Assembly (NCBI GenBank): GCA_002633005.1
Contig: NMRA01000924.1
Location: 34,206 to 98,205, forward strand
DNA length: 64,000 nt
From: Phoronis australis
Taxonomy: Eukaryota > Animalia > Phoronida
Direction: 5' to 3'
Below are positions 1-13,500 of this stretch, piece by piece (the first letter of the stretch is position 1; each line of letters begins with the position of its first letter). The notes beneath the pieces are model-generated. The model worked only from the letters and a program-made list of their open reading frames with translations, made no database searches and was not told where the DNA came from. The position numbers and the translations under genes were made by a program.

Positions 1-570
1 GTGTTGTTCTTTGAAATGCTGCTGGATAAATATCAAACTTTCAGGTACCATGCTTTATGTCTTAGTCTCTGAAATGCTGATGAACATTATTTTTAAAACG
101 TTCCGCTTTTGTATGAGGGGCTGCCAAAAATAAAACTTTATGATTTGTGAAAAAATCAAAAGTTGCTTCAAAGATAACAAAGTGAAATTTTAAAAACAAG
201 CATGAATATTATATTTTATATGAAATGAAATTCATGTTCCAGATGCAGTTACTTTGCTATGAATGCATCTTTCTTTTATGCTAAATGTTCTTGAAAAGAC
301 ATGATAACGTGACCCAATTAAAAACAGATTGATATAAAGTCAAACACCAAATTTTTCAGACTTTCTCCTTTTCTATTATGCTTCTACTGAATTCAAATTC
401 TGTAGTTTGTAGATTTTGGCTAAATATACTGACTAGTTGATATGGTCTTACATTTTACTATGATTTCACTATGTCTGGAGTGGACTTAGATATTTAGATT
501 TGCAAACTGTCTCTAACTTGATTTATGGCTTTGAAAGCAAGTGCAGTCCAACTTGGATGAAACACCATAC

Positions 571-767
571 CTTGTGAGGCAAGGAGCCGGATTATGAATG
601 CAACCGCAGCCTCTGACAATTTGATGGCTACTTCGGGACTCATGAGTGGACTCTGTCCAGTAAGGACCAGCAGCTGCAGAGTCTTGATGGAGACGTCAAA
701 GCTATCACTGAAGAGGTGTGTGCTTAGAGCAACACTGTGGCCCCGAATGCACTTCATAAGCTTACAT
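571..767 (-). CDS. INTS5: INTS5 exon ([11 protein letters not shown]...RLLASQ)
   Basis: catcag / gtatgg; within ORF 494..907; gene continues past position 1. Confidence 0.8.
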
Positions 768-1522
768 CTGATGTAAAATAGAATGAACAGAGTACAAAAT
801 GTGAGGAAAACACACCAAATTGCTATGGAATTGAACACCCTGTTGAATGTGTTTGGAACTGCACTGATGGCCACAGGAGGCCAAGAATGGTTTTGCACAC
901 TTCTCAACTAACAACCTATGAGTCAACAGTTGTTAACAGCAACCAGTTAGTAGCTGAATACCCAGGATGAAACTAATCAAACACGTAGCCGAAATATATT
1001 TTTAGACGACGTGGAAATAACTGCTAAAATTCAAAATGCTTAAAAGCCGTAGAAGCACACAATCTTTTCTTTTGATTCCTGTTTATAGTAGAACCCTGCT
1101 TTAATAGCAGATTCTTGCACCCTGAGATTCCAGATCAAATTTTATAAGATATCCTATAACTGTGGAATAACTGGAGTTTGTGCATCGTTTGTATGACATA
1201 GTCATCCCACACTTAGCATCATGGGATCAGCGCATTAAACACAACCCAACAATGCTGTACAATTATGTGGGTTTAACAAGATATGTACCTCGTAGATGGT
1301 TTCGGCGACTTTTCGTTGTTCACCAATGTAATAAGGTTATAAATGCACTGATACGTCTGTCGTATTGAGAGCCGCTTGTCAGTCTGCAGTCTGTCCACAC
1401 ACTCACTGACAGAGGTCACCGTGAGGTCAGGCTGGCATGTCTCCACTTCCTGTTGGATGCTGACGAATGTGTCCAACTGAAATGAAACATGTCATGTAGC
1501 AACACATGGGAAGAACAAAGAT

Positions 1523-1553
<31 letters not shown>

Positions 1554-4500
1554 AAATGAGCTGTCACCAAGAACATGATAAATAGTGATGTACATAAAGA
1601 TGCCTCCAAGGTTCTAAGAGTTTAATTTTGTGGGTATAGTCCACCAGAACAAATTTGATTTGATTAAAATAAACTTTCCTGGACAGATCAAACACTACTA
1701 ACAGTGATATAGCGATGTATATAGTGATGTATATAGCTATGTATATAGTGATGGCAGAAGAACTGTCAATAGAAACAGGCTGTATGATACGTTTTTTTCT
1801 CATGACAAAGTTTTAATGTGAGGCTGTTTGATACTTTTAAGCAGAGATTGAAAAAAGAAAGCTGCACCTCACTCTCAAAGTTTGCTAAATGTTTTTCGTG
1901 TTATAGAAACTCACCGAGAATTATAAACTATAATTATAAGCATAAGGATAAAAAAATTCAAAATAATTTTGCTTTAGAATAGTGATAACACAGCACCAAT
2001 ACACAACTGTATTGCTCAACAGACACACAGCATAGTGGGTAAATAATGCAGAACCACAGAGGGCGCTGTGATATTTTGGGACATGGCTATTGCGTTAGAC
2101 AGCCTGAATACTCAATACATGTAGGTCAGAGTTCAGGGAAAGAATTAGAAACCCAATGACTGAAGTCAAGCTCAAACCTCACTTGACTTTTTATGTTATC
2201 TGTATAGCATTACTTTAGTACGACTTCCAGGAATGCGATTCATTATCAGTTTAGTCCTCTAGTATGAAATGGTTATATCATCTGAGCATACAATGTTGGC
2301 AAGGGGTGATCCCAACATTAAAGCTTAAGGCTTCAGTCTAGGCACCCAGTCAAAGTAAGCCCGGGGCGATCCCAACATTTAAGCTTAAAGCTCCTGTCTA
2401 GGCACCCAGTCAAAGTAAGCCCGGGGTGATCCCAACATTAAAGCTTAAAGCTCCTGTCTAGGCACCCAGTCAAAGTAAGCCCGGGGTGATCCAAACATTA
2501 GAGTTACAAGCTACAGTTTAAACACAATCAAAGTAGGCACAAGGTGAGTGTAACATTAAAGCTACAACCTCCAGTTTAAACACACAATCAGAGTATGATC
2601 GAGGTAACCTCGACATTAATGATACAAGGTCCAGTTTAAGCAAAAATGAAGGTGTGCCCAGGATGATTATGACATTAAAGCTACAAGTTCTAGTTTAAGT
2701 ACAAAATCAAAGTAGGCTTGAGATGATCCCAACATTAAAGTGACAAGATACAATGTAAGAAAATTTGAACTTAAATCTTAAGAGTAGAAAGCTGACAATC
2801 TCCGCACATATAAAGTAGTTCATCATGATGTCTTATGAATAGACGAAACGTTGAGTTAACATGAACTTTTTTATTTGTGCGGCGATTGTCCATTTTCTAA
2901 TCATACTTTGGTTAAAAAATGATGTAATTAAATCTTAAGGTTACTATTGAACCAGAGACCAGGATAAGTGGCCTTCTTGACACTTTAGAACAAGCAGAGA
3001 GGTGGCACTTTTTGGCAAACACATCCTCGCTGTGAGCTAAACAGAGACTACGAAGTTGTCCGACAGACAGAGTACAGTACAAGGCTGCATCTCTCTCTGT
3101 AGGTACAGTCTTACCTACTTCTTACTAGCTGGATACAATGTCTTACTTCATTGCAGAGGATTTGCCAGAAATGGAAAAGAAATTTTTGAAATTTTCTCTA
3201 CGACAAACCCAATTGCCATTCTTCACTTGTCCCCCGTCGCTCTCACCTGGTGAGTTTCAGCATTAATAAGTAAGTAGGTCAAGATGTCCGCCCCCACTGC
3301 CTCACCACCGTATACTGCTATACAGGCCAGCAGGCGGCCCAACCACTGCCGTCTGCAAATGTGTACAAATAAATAGGTCAAACGTACTTTATTCTTCAAC
3401 AAGTTAACTTCTCATATCCTTCACCACAACTTCAAAGCATTACAAAACATTTGTTTACAGGACCGTGTGCAGTGAGCTGTGAGTAGCTGTCACTTGTCTA
3501 ATAAATCATGTTACTGTCATTACTGGTTATTATCCATGTAATTGGTTCTGGCTCCAGGCTGTTAAATCAATTTCATATTAAACCAACACTCACAACATTT
3601 ATCTTCAATTGAATTGGGGATAGAACAAGCTCTGCTAGGAACCAGACATTTTCAGTGCGATTTCTGAAAACTTGGGTGTCTTCCTGCAGCAAATAATTCT
3701 AAATGCATTACTTAGAGCCTCTGACAACAGCGTCCCCTACCTGTGATCGGCAGAGTGCAGACAAGCTGTACAGATCCATTGCATATGTTTTCGCAGAGCT
3801 GCCAACAGAGGGATCACCGTGCCAGTGTCACCACTACGACTGTGGACAATGCGCTGCAGTTCCAACACCAGGTGATCCTGCAATGGAAAAGTCAAGAATT
3901 GAATGAGTAGGTTCATGAATATTCAAACAATTTGAAGGCTTTTCATGCTCAGGCAGTTGGGAATATTCAAAGATTAAAATGTTGCCTCAGCTGCTTCACT
4001 GCAAATTTTTGTTTTTGATCCTTTCGCATTTTCCCAGTGCCTGCTTAATCTTCAGGAAACTTAGAAAATAGGGCACAATAAGCAAAACATTGACAATGAA
4101 TTGCTCTAAAAACTTCAGGGTAACATGCGTGTACAGAATGGCTTGAAATTATATCAATACATTGAAGCACTTATATATGGTACTTAAGATTACAGATTAA
4201 GAAACGATTTAAACGATCAATGAAGGATTTTGTTTGAAAAACCCGGTCCCGCGTTTTGTTTTAAATTTGAGTCAATTAAACATCCATGCTGGACAGCAAC
4301 AAGGCCATTATGACAAATGTAATTTGACAGGTAAGCGATCAAAAAAGAATTCTCCAGAAACACAAAAAATTCGAAAACCTTGAATTTTGTCCTGGATTTA
4401 TGTTGGTCAGTGTGATAGGGTTGATGAACTGTAATTACCTTGAATGAAATTTATGATTAACTTGGTCATGATAGGGCAAATACTCAACTTGTTATTTGAT

Positions 4501-7500
4501 GCATTTGTCAGTGAATGAGTCACAAAAATACATCTTTGGCAGTGAGAATTTTAAATACCTTACTAAGTCTTAGTTGCCTTGGACTTATGCTCAGACAAAC
4601 ATGTTACATAATGTTGAAACCATCCCGAGAATTGATTAACTTGAGACCTAGTAAATATTTGTTGATCACACCAACATAGAGAGGTTCTTACAACATGTGA
4701 CCACATGCCTCAACGGCCTACATCCCCTAGTAACAGTTTTCAAAAAAGTTGATTTTTTAAAATTCTCTGGCTTTCTACAGGCTATGTCAAAAACTTTCCA
4801 AGAAAAGTGACGAGAAATAACAGTAATTATTTTATAATTAATTATAAAAATTAGCAATTATCGACAACATTAGATTTCATCAATTTTTGGGGAATTCCAA
4901 GTCTCAAAATGTAGCAAGACTGTGGCAAAAATGTTGAGAAAAGTCAAGAAAACTATCTTGCATACCTCAGCTTTGACAACTGAGGTGTATAACTACTGAA
5001 AACAGGCAAGAAAGGACAAAATGAGACCAGCTCTGAGTCTGTTACAACTAAGCTTTTCATTGTGAAACAAGTTTCAACATTTTGTACAGTTCTCCACAGA
5101 GGGCACTGAACATCATGGTGAGTGAATGCCTTCTGCCCATGAAGCCACTGAGCAAATAATTCATTCATATGTAGATTCTACTACTTGTATGAGTCAGTCA
5201 TTAGTGGGTTCACATAGAAAATTAAAACGGTGACCTTTGAACACGACAGATATGGTGTCCTCAAAAAGACGTCAAGCAGTTTGTTGTCTCAACATCCATT
5301 ATCTTATTAAAAAATGGTCTAATTGTTCAAGCACGTTTAATCTCTCCAAAAAGCTAACTAACAAGCAATTTTCAAAAGCACCCTCTGCCCTGCACATAAT
5401 TATGTGTTGATTGAAGAGACACCTGGCTTCAAAAGGTGTAACTAGAACAACTTCAAAAACCACCAGCACAAAAGACTGTTGCATCTACTCACAATACTAG
5501 ACAAAGTGTTCAGTGTTACTAGTCACACTGATACAAACTCTGCACAATATAAATTTATATAATCACTGAATCGAATACTAACGAGCAAATTATTAATCAA
5601 AACACTCTCATACCAATATAACGGAGCAGCTTAACTCCACAGCTGGGTTCAACTCCACAGCAACCTCCTGACCTTTGTTGGCCACCTCTGTTGGGTTGAG
5701 CAGGAACTGCAGCACTCCTAGACATCCCTCTTCAGTTCTCATTAGCAGATGTACAACCAAGCTGAGTAAGGATCCTGTCTCACGACGAGCACGCTCCCAG
5801 CTACGGTACTGGACACACAGTTTGTTGAGTATCATAGGAGTGACTGCGGAGAAGAGTAGACTGATTGAATACTGTGAGTAGTAGACTGATTCTAGTCCAT
5901 AGGTTTATTTGGCTGTTCTATTTGTTTAATAGTAGATGACACTCGATTGAAATGACCAATGTGGTCAGAGCAGTGGTTTAGAATAGTAGGGAATAGTCTA
6001 GAAAATTCCAGTATTTGAGTGAAGTGACTCATGTATAACCATAGTCTGGAACATTCCAGAGCCTAGTATATGAGTGTAAAGTGGACAGATTACGAAAAGT
6101 TCTTACGTGCTTGACTAGGTGAAGTTCTAGAAGATTGTAAGAGACTATAAATACCCAGGCACGGGTTAGTGACAGTCAGTTGAAGGTCAGTTAAAATTGA
6201 GCTTAAATTGAAGCTATCTTGAAGTTATAGAATCAGTAAAAGGTCAATAGAGACAGCTGCAGAGACAGCCGGTTATTGAATCAACAAGAGTCACAATTGA
6301 TGTAACTAACTCAGTTCATCACAAGTCAAGGCTTTGCAGCATTGGCTGGAGCTTAGAACAGACAATTTGTCCGACATTTTGTCGGACATTTTGTTTGAGT
6401 TGACTTTTGAACACATGGTCGACATTAAGTTATTATCTCTAATTAGTCTGTAGTCTATCAAAGCATCAAAAACTATTATGTTGAACAACCCCTAGAACGG
6501 TAAGCCCTAGACAAAAACAAGACATTTCTGATGGCCATTGAAATGATCTGTCCACAGAAAAAAATACTCATGACAATCCCTCCACAGACAGGAAAGCTAT
6601 GGTAAGGAAACCAAAAAAGATAAAAAATCGGCTGCCACACTGCCATCTTTTGACCAATTTCTACAAAAAAAATTGCTGATCAGATAAGAACAGCCACCAC
6701 TAACAACATTTCAGCAAGTGTTTCACATTAATGTGACTACTGTAAAGTGTGTAAAGCTTCACTGTTTCTTGTTCCAGGTTGAAGTTCTATGACATGTTAT
6801 CACCCTTCTACCGTATTCGCTGTAATAACCACCCAGGGTGCTTAGAAAAGTTCGTTTCACTGGGGGCGCTTATTATAACCCAAGGCCTTTGAAACCCGGT
6901 CTTCGAAACAGGTAAAATCGGAAGCTAAGATTCATTATATTTACGCTCTGTGACGTATCTGTAATCTATGAAAGACTTTTTACAAAACCATGGTGCACTG
7001 CTATCAAATTTTGCTGCTAAATTACGATCATATTACAGAAAATTGTGCTGAAATCCCAAAGCAGTCCCATAGACAAGTACACTACTTCTGTTATGAAAGG
7101 CCAGACCATTGGTCCTAGCAAGATCAGCAGAACTTTTGTATTCGTGTTGAGGCATGGCGGAAGTTTGAAGTGTATAGTCACGGCTAAATCCCGACATAAC
7201 GGCGAGGCTCGGGGTCTACAAATTCTGCACAAATTGATTTTTTTCAGGACTGTTGAATATTATTGATAAATTGAAGATGTTAATGTAGAATTTTAGGACT
7301 GTAAGTAAGGCATTTTTCGCATGTACATGTTCATGGATGGGGCGCTTACTTTAGCAACGTCTGAAAACCCGTGGGGGGCGCTTATAGGGGCATGGGCGGT
7401 TATTACGGTGAATACGGTAACTGTCCACACTCATGATTAGTACGGGTCAGATATCTAAGAGCGGTCAACAATAGTCAGGCTCTCGGGCCTTGTGATGAAG

Positions 7501-10500
7501 GGCCTGATGATGATGACGGACCTAATCATGATGACGAGGCTGATCATCATGACGGGCCTGATGATGACGGGCGTGATGATGATGACGGGTCTGATGACGA
7601 CAAGCCTGATGATGATGGGCCTGGTGATGACGGACCTGATGACGGGCCTGACAATGACAATGAGCGTATACTGTGTACTTACAGTTGTGGATGAACTCTG
7701 TAGCGATCACCTTCAGCAGTAGACTAGACATGGAGGCTAGATGGAGCAAGAAAGGCACAGTGAAGGTGTGAATGTCACCATTTGAGGGAGTCAGACTGTC
7801 CTGAAACAGAGAGGGCACACCGTGGAAGGAAAGCAACATTCTCCACTTGTAACAAAAAAAATTAAACACACAGTTAACTGCATAATTCATGAACAAGCTG
7901 TGAAGTCCCTGTTCATGCCAAACATTCCGTGACTTCAAAGCTAGTGAATAGATTATCAAACTTGATGTAGGTGAGTCAAACTAGTTACCATGATGACCCA
8001 AGTTGGGTGGTGGAGAAAACTCGATACTAGGTGTGCATGACATCAGTGGAGCAAAATATACTGTTCTGAAACGGGGCAATCCTGCCACTTCAGTCAATCT
8101 GCCAGCTGCTCCTCTCAAAGCACTTATAACACAACAGTACTCCTGGAATAATTAATTTCTTAGATGATTGTTCCCAGAGTCTGAAGCACCAAAGGGAACA
8201 TACAAATGCCGATGACATCGCTGCTTAAGAATAATCACAGAAAGGTAAGGGTGGAGATGGGCACTTCTTTGTAACATCCAATTTGAAACAATGCTGTGGT
8301 TGATTGCTTTGACATTTCACAAACAGTTGTGAGATAACATATGACTGCATAATTTTTCTGTCATTGGAGTGAAGTTAGTACGGACTATTCTGTTGATCTT
8401 ACTTTCAGTTTGTCCATTTCTGTGATATTGAAGGTGCATTCAATATGGCTTTTAATTGCTCACAGTTAATGTTATTGCTTAATTTATTCACAAGCTAACA
8501 TCTAGGAACAGAGAGAGACAGCAATATTGTTACCTTAAACAAAGCTAGGAGTGCCTTCTTTATGTCGTTTCCATGGCGACTGGCCAGGTGACTGAGGATA
8601 CCAACAACAGAGGCTACCTTTGGTATACTCTGGCGTTCGTAGCTGGACCGTCCACTAGTGGCCCGTCCACCAGTGGATCGTCCACTCGTGTCCAGTTGAG
8701 AATAGTCCTTTAGTCCACACATGAGCACACGACTGATGATGGTAGTAGGGAATGACGATCTAGAGAATAAACATGAGGAAATGTAGTGATGTGACTGTGA
8801 TCATGGAAAGTGACCAATCAATAGTCTTTGGGGCTTGGAATGACCAATGACAAACAAGTTAGAGAGAAAAATTTCCCAGCTGATATGTTGTGGAATAACC
8901 AATGACAAACAAGCTAGAGGAAAATCTTCCAGCTGAATTATCGTTCCACAAATAAAGTTTTGTGTGCTAGAAATATTTTTGTGCAGTAAAATTTAACTGA
9001 TTCATAAATGTATTTGGAAGAATAAAATAAGGCAAATTAATGGTAAAAAGAGGCAAAAAAGAGGAAACTAATAGAATCAAGAAAGAGGAAATTGAAACCA
9101 CAATGAGAAACTCAAAACTAAACAGGAAATCCTGTTAATAGAGGAAAATTCCAAGCCCTAAGTCTCACCACACTTTCAAGCCTTATGGGTTGCCATATCA
9201 GTATTCTGAGTTTATATGTACCATCATACACTTAGACGTGGTTATGCTCACAATGACGAGAATCTAACCTTGGTCAAACAATGAGACACTGACAGTGATA
9301 GACTTCTGATCTGTGGCGGAATTAGTCACTAAAACTGAAATTTAGTGAAAAAACATTTGATCTTGAGCACTTTTGTATAATATCAAGTGGAAAGCAGATT
9401 TTGATCACTTATCTTGGCGACTACTTCGACAAATGAGTAAGAAACAAAGTTATAGTCCCAACATGTGAATATAACGACGCAAGAGCAATGTAGGCATTGA
9501 CATGCACCCATTGGGGGCCTCAACATGTGAATATAAAGAGGCAAGAGCAATATAGACATTGACACGCACCCATTGGGGGCCTCGTATACATCAGAGATGA
9601 GCATTGTTTTACAAAACCAGATTTTGGCCTATTAACAGACACTAAAAACAACTCTTCTATCTAGTTCTCAGAAACAAAAGGACGTCCTATGTACAATGTA
9701 ACCCTCAACAGCCCTCAAAGTTTGGAGGAAAATTTGTAAACTCCCTTCAATGTCTACTAAACAGGCAAGCATGACGTACGCTTAATTACCGCATTACATG
9801 GGTATAGTGGGCAAAGACCACCCACCAAGCATCATTATGTCCATTCTGTGAGATGTGGAGAATTAGTTTTAGTTGATTCCTGCCTTTAACTTGGAAGATT
9901 AACGTTAATGATGCAGGTGACAGAACGAGGATTGGTGGAAATCGACAAAACTGGGCTTAGTATCCTTTTAAAGACTTTAACTAAATGGAGTGTGCAGAGT
10001 GTTTAAAGGGTGCAAAGCAACTCAGGTATGCACACCTCAATAAGAACACACCTGCCACCATACATCATGAATTTTCAGGCAGAAGAAGGTCACAAAACAG
10101 CCTCACTAGGTAGTACTGCTGTCATGAACATACAGCGTGAAGGAACTTGGTATATAATTGTCAAGGAAAATGTTAAGAAATACAGAAATCCTGTTGGAGA
10201 CATGGCAGTTTCATCCCTATATCCAAGTCAGTCATATTCTCCCCAACAGAAATACATGCCAGATTCTTTAAGAAACTTGCATTGAGAAACAGGAAAAAAT
10301 TAAATTTCTACAAGAGGGTACCAAAGTGGTCAGACCCCTTCAGTCATGCCGTTCCCAGAAGGAACATGCATGCCAATTTCCATCATGAAACTTAGAGTGA
10401 TTTGGCCGATAAAGAGACAATGATAAAAACCAGACTTGAATGCAATAAAAATGGCCACAAGGTGACATACAATATGCCATATTCATCCAAAAATGGTGAG

Positions 10501-13500
10501 TTGTTCTTGTCTATTCAATAAAAACTGATTTATCATAAAACATTAAAAGTCCGTTGAGAAATTTGTTAGATACAGAAGAAAAGATAAACACTAAAGTTAT
10601 CCCCATGCAGCCCAATAATAGTCAGATACATATAAAAGTCGTCGTCATCAACTGCCACGTATCCCATTAAAACATTATATTTAAGAGATACATCCACGGA
10701 CAAGGAAAAGTGCCACTAGGGTGCACCACAATAGTCATGACCATTCATCCTCAGCTGTGCTCTTCCCCGTAGGAACACATAATTACGGTATGCAAATTTT
10801 TGAAATGAAGAAGTTTGCCAGATAGAGTTATGGACATCAAAAAACAAACTAAAAATATGCCAGTTCAAACCTTTAAAATGAGATTTGTGGAAAATATGAA
10901 CCACAACCAGCTCAGCAATCAGTGCACAGTCAGTAATTAGCATGGCAAGGTCTCAGGGAAATAGCACTGTATAATGCAGGATACACGAGCTGGCACGCTA
11001 GGTTATTAGTTCTACGTGATCCATTAGCAGAACTGCACCTCCTAGGTCATTAGTTCTACCTTATCCATTAGCAGAACTGCACCTCGGTTAGACAAGTATG
11101 ACATATTAGAGATAACGCTTAGTTTCTGCTAAGTTCCTGCTTAGCGTAGCAACCACTCAAACCTACAAGGTGTTTAATTATAACAAAAATTATTCATTTC
11201 ACGCGACCTTAATATCAAGATGCATTGAACAAAGACTTCCAAAATTAAGTTCAAATACCTTACCCGATGTGACCCACCACCCAATCAAAATGAGGCGAGT
11301 GTTTCACCGAGGCCTCCAGCAGGGCGTCCACGCAGGCATCGGCAGAAGTAACACCGATCCTGGAAAGACACGTGATGTGTGACACGCGTGAGACAAGTGC
11401 ATAGCTAGTCATATATTACCGTATTTTAGAGACATCAGGGGAATTCTGAATGTTTTATAAAAACGGAATCATCAATTGAACGCCATTAATAGTTAACATT
11501 GTCCATCAATGAAACCGGACATTGACGTCACATACATATAATGTTTTAATAATAGAGATTTTGACCACAATTAGAAGTAAGACGTGGAAAACAAAAATGA
11601 TCGTAGAGAGCGGCATAAAAATGACACTTCGATATTAATAAAAGATGATGAGTAGACATACAGCAGAACATCAGGACAGAATGTTAATGAAATACAAGAA
11701 TGTTCACTTTACGTCACTTCCATTATGATATTTTGTTTTCTGTAACAATACGTGATCATCAATATCAAAATGTCATTTTCATGCTACACTCCAGCCTCAG
11801 TTTTGTTTTCACTTCTTAAATATAATAAATGTTCTTTACTATGAATGTCAGCCATTTTCTGACAGCACCTGTTCAAGAGATGCGCTGATTCAAGAGGAAC
11901 GGAGGCAACTGTTGCGTTATAGACGGTATTCAGCCAAACTACTAGGTCACATATTCAGCGAGAGGAGTGTATCAAAATATACCATAGAGGACAGCATGCT
12001 TTCAACAGAAGATCCTTAGCGGCATCCAATTTTAACAAGTGCCGAGTTTGAGAAACATCTCCAAGGATGCCAGAGCAATGGCTTCCAGAAAGGAACGTTT
12101 CAAAAAAGATGACCAAAGTTCCACTCAATGTCTCAATTCAGCAACAAAGCAAACGACAAAGTCGAGAGTGATCGACTTGAAACATATTAAAAGAAGATTT
12201 CAACTTCATCAGACTGGAAATAGATGTTCAAACAAACACACAAAGTTAATGGCGGTGTAACATTTCACCAAATTAATAAACCCCAAAACTCAAACTCACA
12301 TGGATGAGAAGCCCTCAGAGGCAATGTCCATCAAAGTCTTAGTTGCTTTACAGTTCATCCACACCTGAAGTAATTCATTCAGACTACTAGCCTGGGGTAC
12401 ACCACGACGCGACGAGTACTTACTGCTAATCTGACCAAGGATCTCTATGGACCACTGGAAATAAAGGTCTTACAAAGATGAGCATGTGTACATTGTCGTC
12501 AGCAAGAATGTCTAGTCGGCCATCAGAAATTTAATAAATCTTCATGAAATTTAATCACTCAGAAAATGTTTGATGTCACATTGATCATACCTTAACAGAT
12601 GTGTTAGGTGATGTATACTTGATATTTAATGCTCTTAATAAAAATTCAGTTAAGTGACCAAAATAAACGTCATTTGATTTTAATCTAGACACATAAAAGT
12701 TATAATAAATTCTACACAAGTCTTGACCAAAGCTGCTGTCAATAGTCATTTTATCTTAACACAGATATCATAAAACATGTTTAACAAAGCGAAAACACCG
12801 ACCACTTACGGAAGAAATAATGGCCGCCCATGCTTCAGGGTTCTGCCTGATGAACTTGATCAAAACATCGAAGACATCATCAATAGTCCGGTCCAGCTGC
12901 TGTCCATCAAGACTGTGATAGCCCGCCCCCATGTCCAGTTGACTGATGTATATATTGGCAGCCTCATCAAACAAAACATGGAAATGTTCCAGCACAGCAG
13001 TCCTTGTAGACGGCAGAGTTTGTATCAGGTAAAGAGCTGTGTGTGTACGCTCAACCAGACTAACGTTACTATGGTAGGAGCAACCCTGCACAAACCGACC
13101 GACCTCCCGCAGGATGTTCTGAAATACAAAGTTTGGTTAGACCAACTTGTACAACATTTTTTCAACTACATAACCTAAAACTACAATGCACGTGTTGCAA
13201 CAATTTGACAGTCATCCAGAGCCAATCTGGTTAAAGCAATTTAAATGTCAATGTTGATTCTTAACCAAAGCGCTTTAAGCTAGATGCCAAATGGGCTGGT
13301 AACTCCAGTCGCAGGTAAAGTGAACATAAATCACAAAAATTTCTAAATCTAGTCTGCAGGCTACCTATTGGCTACATCATGTGACCTAATGAACATCGGT
13401 ACGAAAAGATTTCTGCCCCCCGACCAGGACTCGGACCCAGGATCTCGTGCTTACTGCGCAGCCATACTGCATGTGAAGGATTGCGGTATGATACCCACAA

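Noticed and set aside
1427-1609. Poly-cysteine ORF
   Set aside because: Reverse translation of a (CAA)n microsatellite.
2303-2760. CRISPR-like regularly spaced repeats (also 50432-51000)
   Set aside because: Units are contiguous tandem copies with no unique spacers; eukaryotic intron context with no cas genes.
4953-5484. ORFs 4953..5168 and 5299..5484 as extra INTS5 exons
   Set aside because: Flanking exons 5614 and 3877 join in frame and match INTS5 continuity without them.
7492-7722. Met-rich ORF (and His-rich tail of ORF 7522..7959)
   Set aside because: Simple repeat in an INTS5 intron; only 7683-7800 is a real exon.
12777-13178. 133-aa plus-strand ORF
   Set aside because: Antisense shadow of the INTS5 exon; no recognisable motif.
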